NCBI GenBank assembly: GCA_040752695.1
Contig: JBFMGO010000095.1
Span: 1 to 23,634, forward strand
Reading direction: 5' to 3'
DNA length: 23,634 bases
From: a bacterium
GTDB taxonomy: Bacteria > SZUA-182 > DTGQ01
Part shown: one piece after another, positions 17,691 through 23,634 of the stretch
How positions within the stretch are numbered: the first letter of the stretch is position 1
Layout: the number at the start of each line of letters is the position of its first letter
The notes under the pieces: model-generated
Database searches by the model: none
What the model saw: only the letters and a program-made list of their open reading frames with translations
What the model was told of the DNA's origin: nothing
Program-made: the position numbers and the translations under genes

Positions 17691-18054
17691 GATCCTGCTC
17701 CCCCCTTTTCTCGAAGTCGTGCTTTATGGTCAGCGAAGGACGAAAATGACCTTTTAAATCGATTATCATGCCGCCACCAGGCACAGGACTTGGAGTCTCC
17801 TCCAGAGCTTCTTTAGGAGATTCTGAGGACTTTTCAACAATAAAAGGGCCTTGACCAGATGGCGCGATAAACTCACCAGTTTCCGGATCGATATAAATCT
17901 TCTGAGCAGCGGTGCCAGCGTCAGGCGATTCACCCGATGCCTGCACAGTATCATCTTGTGCTTCTCTTTGATCTAAGGAAAAAGCCTCTCCCGGACAGTA
18001 AAAGACGCAGAATGCAAATATGCTTAATAACACGGTAAAAATTTTGAATTTCAT
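17680..18054 (-). CDS. Small exported protein (YIDPETGE...GGGMIIDLKGHF type), partner or propeptide-like for the downstream peptidase
   Basis: GGAGG RBS before ATG 18054; signal peptide MKFKIFTVLLSIFAFCVFYCPGEAFS; overlaps the peptidase start by 11 nt. Confidence 0.75.
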   Translation of the reverse strand: MKFKIFTVLLSIFAFCVFYCPGEAFSLDQREAQDDTVQASGESPDAGTAAQKIYIDPETGEFIAPSGQGPFIVEKSSESPKEALEETPSPVPGGGMIIDLKGHFRPSLTIKHDFEKRGEQDHEE

Positions 18055-18277
18055 CTCTTCTCCTCCATCTTTTCTAACCCTACAATGAGACATTCATCAC
18101 CTGTAAGGGGAGCGGGAGCCCCGGATGATCAGGCAATAGAAACAACTACCACCCCATAGATTTGAAGCCAGAAGATGTTCGTATGATGGCAATGGATACA
18201 GGAAAAATTGTAGTATCTAAATAAAACTACTCAGTACACATCACCTTAATTTCGCGACCAGTTAAAGGCAATAAGAT

Positions 18278-18340
18278 ATTTGTAGAGCCTTTCCGTAGCT
18301 CGTTGTGGACGGGGGGCCACAGGAGACCGCCCCTACAAAT
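18278..18340. repeat. Degenerate GTAG-type REP-like doublet
   Basis: ATTTGTAG...GGCCACAGGAGACCGCCCCTACAAAT with terminal inverted ends. Confidence 0.5.
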
Positions 18341-18826
18341 GCAACGTTTCTATCCGGACGCGTATTTATGGCTATTTGTACTTATACCATTTCTCACATG
18401 AAACCAGGCATAAATCATTTCCTTGAAGCGCTGGCCACAAGGATACTTATGCACCAATTGAATTGGGAAATGGTATTAGTTATCACCTTTATCATCTAGA
18501 AGAAAACGCCAAGGGCTACTTAACCATGCCCCTTAATGTCTCATGGTAATATAAAAATTCTGGAATATAAGGAATGCTGCTTATAGAAATTAAGATGCTC
18601 CAAACTATTACTAATAAGATCCTCCTCCTATAGTGTTTACCTAATTCATGTAATTAGCCCAACTTAACCACCCCCCCCGTATATCCCTATGGCCTGAGTT
18701 GTTCCGCTATCTTAAATCCTTCGAGGATGAAATCGAGAAAAGCCTGCTCTTAAATAAATTTGAGGAAGAAAGACAAAGAAATGGATAACGCTTTCTGTCA
18801 AAATGTTCTAAAGAAGGCAGAGTGGT

Positions 18827-19471
18827 GTGACAGGCCCGTGGACAGTTGAAGTAGATGAGATTTACCAGACAGCAGGGCATAAGGATGGTCGCCCCAAGGA
18901 GGACCCTATTGCTTTGAATCGGCCTGCCCGCAGGAGAGGAAAGAAAAAGGGGCCAGGCCGTGGATCTGCTCAGAAGGACTCTCCAGCCATTGAAGGGATG
19001 GTTAGCCGTGATGGCCAAGTGGTGGTAGAAATCGTTGCCGATGTCAAAAGAGAAACTCTGCAACCTGTCTTTGAAAAACGGGTAGAAAAAGGAAGCACTG
19101 TATACACGGATACTGCTTCTTGCTACAGTTTTTTGGAAGAAGCAGGCTACCATCATGAGACGGTCAATCACAGCCACAAAGAGTATGTTCGAGGAGATGT
19201 ACATGAAAACCGTGCCGAGAACCTGTGGTTGTTCTGGCTGATCTTCATACTCCCTTTCAGAAGAGTGGCCAAAGGATATCTGTCTGATTATGCTAAGGTA
19301 TTTCAATTCCAAAGAAACCATCATGCCTTGACCGCCTTCGGAAGGTCTCTGTTTGTGTTGAACTCCCTCTTGCACGGTCTACTCCCTTATATCAAAAAGT
19401 GGATCTCGTTACTTGAGAGCTACTTTATACTCGCTCTCTCCTCAACACATAAAGCTTATTCTGGTGGTTAA
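18827..19471 (+). pseudogene. IS1595-family (ISXO2-like DDE domain) transposase, N-terminally truncated or degenerate
   Basis: VEVDE, GPGRG, VYTD, HETVNHS, YVRGDVHENRAENLW. The N-terminal Zn-ribbon/HTH region is missing and no clear RBS precedes the GTG. Confidence 0.8.
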
Positions 19472-19492
19472 CATGTATAATCGAATATTATA

Positions 19493-19508
19493 TGCAAACA
19501 ATATGCCA
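19493..19508 (-). promoter_or_regulatory. sigma54 (-24/-12) promoter inside the island
   Basis: Minus strand TGGCATATTGTTTGCA, with a very AT-rich tract (19510-19600) upstream. Confidence 0.7.
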
Positions 19509-19901
19509 ATTATATATTTTATTCAAAATAGATTATATTATATAATATATAAAATATATTATATATAAATTTAATATATTTTATAATTTTAATAAAAAAG
19601 GGAAAAATGCGTATAGGAAATATTTTTCACAGTTTCATAATATAATTATGATAATGTGCGAAAAATAAAAACTAATTTTGAAGTGAAAGTTTTTTCATAA
19701 CTATAGTTTTACACTTTTGGTATGGAGCACTTTTGGTATGGATATGAAAATTGACAAGTCCATAGTAGGGGAAGAAGTATCCGAACTTCTTAAAAACCTT
19801 TCTAAAGAAGACAGCCTGCTAGGTATAGCACTTTCGAGATTGCTGATTTGAGGAACAAATTGTACAAAGTTAACCAAAACGGTACCTATCACGATAAAAA
19901 A

Positions 19902-19932
19902 TCCTGGAAGGGTATCGTAACCCCTTCCAGGA
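19902..19932 (-). terminator. Probable intrinsic terminator of the TM-helix gene
   Basis: TCCTGGAAGGG...CCCTTCCAGGA stem followed on the minus strand by TTTTTAT. Confidence 0.65.
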
Positions 19933-19939
19933 TAAAAGA

Positions 19940-19983
19940 TTATTTCTGTCTTGCCTCTCGCATCTTCTGCAAGTAGTTCGCAG
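19940..19983. repeat. att-like direct repeat (right copy, the last 14 codons of the TM-helix gene)
   Basis: 42/44 identical to 15097-15140. Confidence 0.9.
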
Positions 19984-20611
19984 CAGCATCTCTGCCGCCC
20001 AACCCGAAGGCCAGGGCCAAAGCCAGAGAGAAAGCGCCAAAAAGGATGGCGAAAGCTACCGTAACTACCGAACTGGCGATGCGTAGTTGTTGAAGTGCCA
20101 TGGTTATAGCAAGGATAATAACCGCGTACTTGGCGATTTTAGATAACAGAGAGGCTGTATCCTGCCCCAATCCGGCGCTTACCGTCTTAACGACAGGTTC
20201 CAGGAAATTCGATAAAATACCGCCAAAGATCAGTACTCCCACCGCGGCAATGATATTAGGAATATAGAGCACTATCTTATTCAGCAGGTCGTAGATAATG
20301 GGAAGTCCCAGAACATCAAAAGAAGCAATAATTACGATCAGCATGAGAAACCAATATACGAGGGTTGCCAATACGTCCTTGGGTTGTTTTTGGATATTCC
20401 CTTTGGCCAGAAGTTCATTGATGCCTGCCCTCTCGGTCAGAACATCAAACCTCAATGCCCCCAGGACCTTTACAATCAAAGCCCTGGTAACTCGTGCTAA
20501 AAACCAGCCAAGGAGGAACACTATAATCGCTGCCATAAGATTAGGCAGAAAGAGCATGACCTTGGTGGAAATAGCATTCCAGGCACTTATTATATTCGAA
20601 ACAACACCCAT
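19940..20611 (-). CDS. Conserved TM-helix repeat membrane protein (CmpX/MscS-associated N-terminal type, no MscS beta domain)
   Basis: FLPNLMAAIIVFLLGWFLA and YIPNIIAAVGVLIFG repeats; ALAFGLGGRDAA ending. AGGAGGTG RBS favours ATG 20611. Confidence 0.85.
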   Translation of the reverse strand: MGVVSNIISAWNAISTKVMLFLPNLMAAIIVFLLGWFLARVTRALIVKVLGALRFDVLTERAGINELLAKGNIQKQPKDVLATLVYWFLMLIVIIASFDVLGLPIIYDLLNKIVLYIPNIIAAVGVLIFGGILSNFLEPVVKTVSAGLGQDTASLLSKIAKYAVIILAITMALQQLRIASSVVTVAFAILFGAFSLALALAFGLGGRDAAANYLQKMREARQK

Positions 20612-20812
20612 GAATCTCACCTCCTAGCATTAGGTCTTTTTATGTTAGGGTGTCTCTTACAAATACCCTATCCCTTCCAAATACCCTATCGGTTTCAATG
20701 AGAAATTTTGTTTCCTTTTTTCAAGGATAAAGGGGGAATTTTTGTGGTCGGAAGGCATTAAATATCCTGTTTCAATTCCTGCCCCTTTTCTGGCAAGGTC
20801 TATAGCAATTCT

Positions 20813-22252
20813 TCATTCGGTTACTGCTCTTGTAACCAGACGGATGATGCGCTTTTGATCCTTTTGTGCAATAAAGCAATGGGTGGGAAGAGTGAGCAGA
20901 GTCTGAGCCAGCTTATGGGCCGCAGGAAAATTTCCCCTGATAACCTGGCCCTGAAGCTGGTCAATGCCATCGATCGAGTCTGGATACATACGGCTGATAC
21001 CCAGTCCCAGATGCCGTGCCTGCTGATAAAGACGATCTCGCTGATGCGGATCTTTCATGATCAGGGGAAAGCGCAGGAAGGGTAAAGATGCAGATTCTTC
21101 TGTAGCAATGGCTTGCAGAGGAGAGGATATGGCATTGACCGGCTTTATACCGGCGGCGGGTAAGGGTATAGACATGGGATTGACCGGTTTCACACCGGCA
21201 GGCATGGCATCGACCGTTTTCACTGTGGAAGGCATAGTATCGATCAGTCCCAGGGGGGAAGGCATGCTCCTGATCAGCCTCTGATACAGGCGCGCCCTTT
21301 CAAGACGTGCCTGGTTCATGTGGATCATTTTCCTTCTCCACCTTCGCATCAGACCACACTGGAAGCCGGACATCCGCTTCAGGGAAAAGCCGGTGGAAAA
21401 TTCCGTCTGGCCCAGCTTTAAAAAGGGCAAATGGTCGGGCAGCCAGTAGAGGGATGGCCGTAAGAAACATGCCAGTGCCATGGCCTTGGCCACAAGGATC
21501 ACCTTCTCCTGCCAGGAGTACGGGGGCAATTTCTGGTATTCTCTCTGCAAAGCTGCGGCTAGATCAGGATTTCGGGTTACGATGATTCCTCCTTCAACCG
21601 TGCAGATTACCTTCCCCCTGCCAAGGCTGAAGAAGCCCACATCTGCCCTGGTGCCCGCCGCCTTCCGCAGGGCGCAGCAGCCCTGGCCTGGTTTTTCCTG
21701 AGTTGATTCCCCCTGGCCTGGCTTTCTCACATTTTTCTCCACTTGGGCCGAATCAGCCGGATAGGAGATGCCCATAGCCTGAGCTGCATCTTCCACCACC
21801 CATATCCCTTTTGAGCGTGCCAGGTCCAGGCAATGATCCAGGTCCGCCAGCCTGCCCAGGAGATGATTGACGACGATACAGAGTGTTTGCCCGGTAAGCT
21901 GAGATTTGAGCAGCGAATAGTCAAAGTCCAGGGTTTGCACATCAATTTCGCCCAGGGACACGGACAGCCCGGCTTTGACCACTGAAGATGCTACGGAATA
22001 GCAGGTATAAGCTGGAATCAGGACTGACTTTTTCTCCGGCGATAGGGTATGAAGTGCCTTCAGGATCAGGGTAAGAGCCGCCTTCCCGGAAGATACCAGC
22101 CAGCAATCCGTCACTCCGAAATAATTGCACAGCTCTTTTCGAAGTCTCTCGCTGGCCCGCTTCTCACTGAACCATCCATGCAATCCCTCCATAACTTCCC
22201 ACCATGTAAGGGGAGCCGCTGTGGGAGGAAAGGTTCGCTGAATCCGCATCAT
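20813..22252 (-). CDS. DegT/DnrJ/EryC1/StrS-family PLP-dependent aminotransferase-like protein
   Basis: VSSGKAAL, LIPAYTCYSV, VVEDAAQAMG, FFSLGRGK...EGG, LLTLPTH. Confidence 0.88.
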   Translation of the reverse strand: MMRIQRTFPPTAAPLTWWEVMEGLHGWFSEKRASERLRKELCNYFGVTDCWLVSSGKAALTLILKALHTLSPEKKSVLIPAYTCYSVASSVVKAGLSVSLGEIDVQTLDFDYSLLKSQLTGQTLCIVVNHLLGRLADLDHCLDLARSKGIWVVEDAAQAMGISYPADSAQVEKNVRKPGQGESTQEKPGQGCCALRKAAGTRADVGFFSLGRGKVICTVEGGIIVTRNPDLAAALQREYQKLPPYSWQEKVILVAKAMALACFLRPSLYWLPDHLPFLKLGQTEFSTGFSLKRMSGFQCGLMRRWRRKMIHMNQARLERARLYQRLIRSMPSPLGLIDTMPSTVKTVDAMPAGVKPVNPMSIPLPAAGIKPVNAISSPLQAIATEESASLPFLRFPLIMKDPHQRDRLYQQARHLGLGISRMYPDSIDGIDQLQGQVIRGNFPAAHKLAQTLLTLPTHCFIAQKDQKRIIRLVTRAVTE

Positions 22253-22334
22253 TCATTCACTCACTCACTCACTCACTCACTCACTCACTTACTTACTCAC
22301 ACACACACACACACACTCTCTCTCTCTCTCTCTC
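22249..22334. repeat. Compound microsatellite directly upstream of the DegT-like start
   Basis: (TCAT)2 (TCAC)8 (TTAC)2 TC (AC)9 (TC)9. Confidence 0.95.
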
Positions 22335-22419
22335 CCGCACACTCCCTCTGCCTCACGCACTTTTGATCAGGCTCTCACCTACATTTCTCCCTCCCCCCAA
22401 CTCTCTTCCGCTGCAGTTA

Positions 22420-23466
22420 TCAGGGCATGCCCCTGGCCAGTAATGGACCGATAGTCCGTGTGAGAGGAAGAGGCATCCTTTTCCACAATTGGATAGCCAG
22501 GCGGTATTTGGGATTTTCCGGATGGAGGGCCGGAAGGTCTTCCCCTTCTCTCAGCCAGTAGTACCAATACAAGGGATGGGGTTTTGCCCCCCACTGTTGC
22601 TTGAACCTATAGGTTCCCGATCCTGGGGCGGAGCGGCCAAAGTCGAAAGAAGTGTATCCTGCCTCACATGCATACCGCAGTACTCCCCAGTACAGGAGCA
22701 TGTTCGTGCATAAGTGATTGTACTCACGCAGAGAGGATGCCCAGGGAATTTGCAGCGTGTCCCTGAAGCCAAGAATCAGACCGGAGGCAAGGGGCTGCGA
22801 TCCCCGATAAACCGTACAGATTTTGGACCTGTCAGGAAAGGTAGCCAGAACAGCCTGAAAAAAATTTTTTCCCAGGACAGGGGTGCCAAGATCTCGCATA
22901 TTATGTGCAAATACCTGATAGAACGACTCCAGTTCCTCTTCTCCCCCTTGGCGGAAATTAAATCCCTGATGCTCTCCTTTCCGGATCTGGTTTCGCAGTT
23001 TTGCCGAGAAGCCCTGCCAGAGCTCAGCCCAGGAACCCGGCAGATCCAGCGTCATTGCCACCCGGTGCTGCTTGACCGGAAGATCCCATGAGTAGGTCTC
23101 CATCTGTCTGAGCTCGAGATGCCGTGCTCCAACCCTGCAGGCAATCTCTGTACCGCGCTGGAGCAGCATCATTTGCACTCCGGAGTCATGGGCACATACT
23201 CCCCCATAGTTAAAACAAGGGAGCGAAATCAGACGGGAGCCGAACAGCCAGCTTTTCAGATGGGCCATGGGCAAGACCCCGACCACCTCACCCTCTTCGT
23301 CTTCAGCATACAGATAATAGGCAGGATGGCCGAGGACTGGCTCAAGGACCTTTTTCCAGGCCGAGAGGTGATAAAGGCTGGAAATGGGACAGCTATGGAC
23401 ATATTCATCCCATCGCTCCCGATCGCGGTCTTCGAGTGAATAAATTGTCACTTTCGGTCCAGCCAT
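22420..23466 (-). CDS. FemAB-family GNAT protein of the type found in PEP-CTERM/exosortase-A EPS loci
   Basis: WDEYV...YHLSAW, LISLPCFNYGG, KLRNQIRK, NMRDLGTPV, FDFGRS...GTYRFKQQWGA, NPKYRLAIQLWKRMPL. AAGGAG RBS favours ATG 23466. Confidence 0.9.
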   Translation of the reverse strand: MAGPKVTIYSLEDRDRERWDEYVHSCPISSLYHLSAWKKVLEPVLGHPAYYLYAEDEEGEVVGVLPMAHLKSWLFGSRLISLPCFNYGGVCAHDSGVQMMLLQRGTEIACRVGARHLELRQMETYSWDLPVKQHRVAMTLDLPGSWAELWQGFSAKLRNQIRKGEHQGFNFRQGGEEELESFYQVFAHNMRDLGTPVLGKNFFQAVLATFPDRSKICTVYRGSQPLASGLILGFRDTLQIPWASSLREYNHLCTNMLLYWGVLRYACEAGYTSFDFGRSAPGSGTYRFKQQWGAKPHPLYWYYWLREGEDLPALHPENPKYRLAIQLWKRMPLPLTRTIGPLLARGMP

Positions 23467-23634
23467 AGCCAAGTCTCCTTCCCTGCACGTATGAGATATG
23501 TGAAGCCTCGAACTTCCAAGACATAACCCCTATCGGTATTCTTTTAGTATATTTATTACGCTATTATTACATTTATTTTATTCCCATTATTATCTTATTT
23601 ATTACTAATATATCACTAATTTTAATCAATATTT

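Larger units (their letters stand above)
15097..19983. mobile_element. ~4.8-kb genomic island inserted at the 3' end of the TM-helix gene (no integrase visible)
   Basis: Flanked by 44-bp direct repeats. It is visibly more AT-rich, its cargo is unrelated to the flanks, and it contains an IS remnant. Confidence 0.7.

Noticed and set aside
18707..19375. 222-aa minus-strand ORF downstream of the island sigma54 promoter
   Set aside because: It is the antisense shadow of the IS1595 transposase and has no recognisable motif.
19738..19851. 37-aa plus-strand ORF MDMKIDKSIVGEEVSELLKNLSKEDSLLGIALSRLLI near the right island end, as a possible integrase or excisionase remnant
   Set aside because: Too short, with no recombinase motif; it cannot be supported.
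1..23634. tRNA/rRNA genes, phage genes, defence systems
   Set aside because: No cloverleaf, rRNA signature or recognisable phage or defence protein motif was seen.

Overview
Bacterial chromosomal window, probably from a diderm anaerobe-type lineage; taxonomy cannot be fixed from this sequence. The left third is a divergent sigma54 locus. On the minus strand, two tandem -24/-12 promoters (1142-1188) with TTTCA-N4-TG(A/G/C)A enhancer-like sites (1266-1417) face a structured leader, a Cys-rich signal-peptide ORF and an exported protein truncated by the window edge. On the plus strand are an orphan CbiM/NikMN-type Ni/Co S-component (no cbiQ/cbiO in the window), a receiver-less membrane-anchored sigma54 activator (Cache-HAMP-PAS-PAS-AAA+-HTH), an exosortase-H-like/partner/SPFH fusion, cobS and cobC. 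The middle holds rho, an ADP-ribosylglycohydrolase and ino1. A ~4.8 kb island (15097-19983) is bounded by a 44-bp duplication of the 3' end of the neighbouring TM-helix gene. It carries a secreted HExxH metallopeptidase with an integrin-beta-like vWA domain, a small partner protein, a degenerate IS1595-type transposase and a third sigma54 promoter. The right end has DegT-like and FemAB-like genes typical of PEP-CTERM/EPS loci. Throughout the host part, gene starts, gene stops and protein loops carry degenerate short tandem repeats. All calls come from motif recognition by eye; no database search was run.
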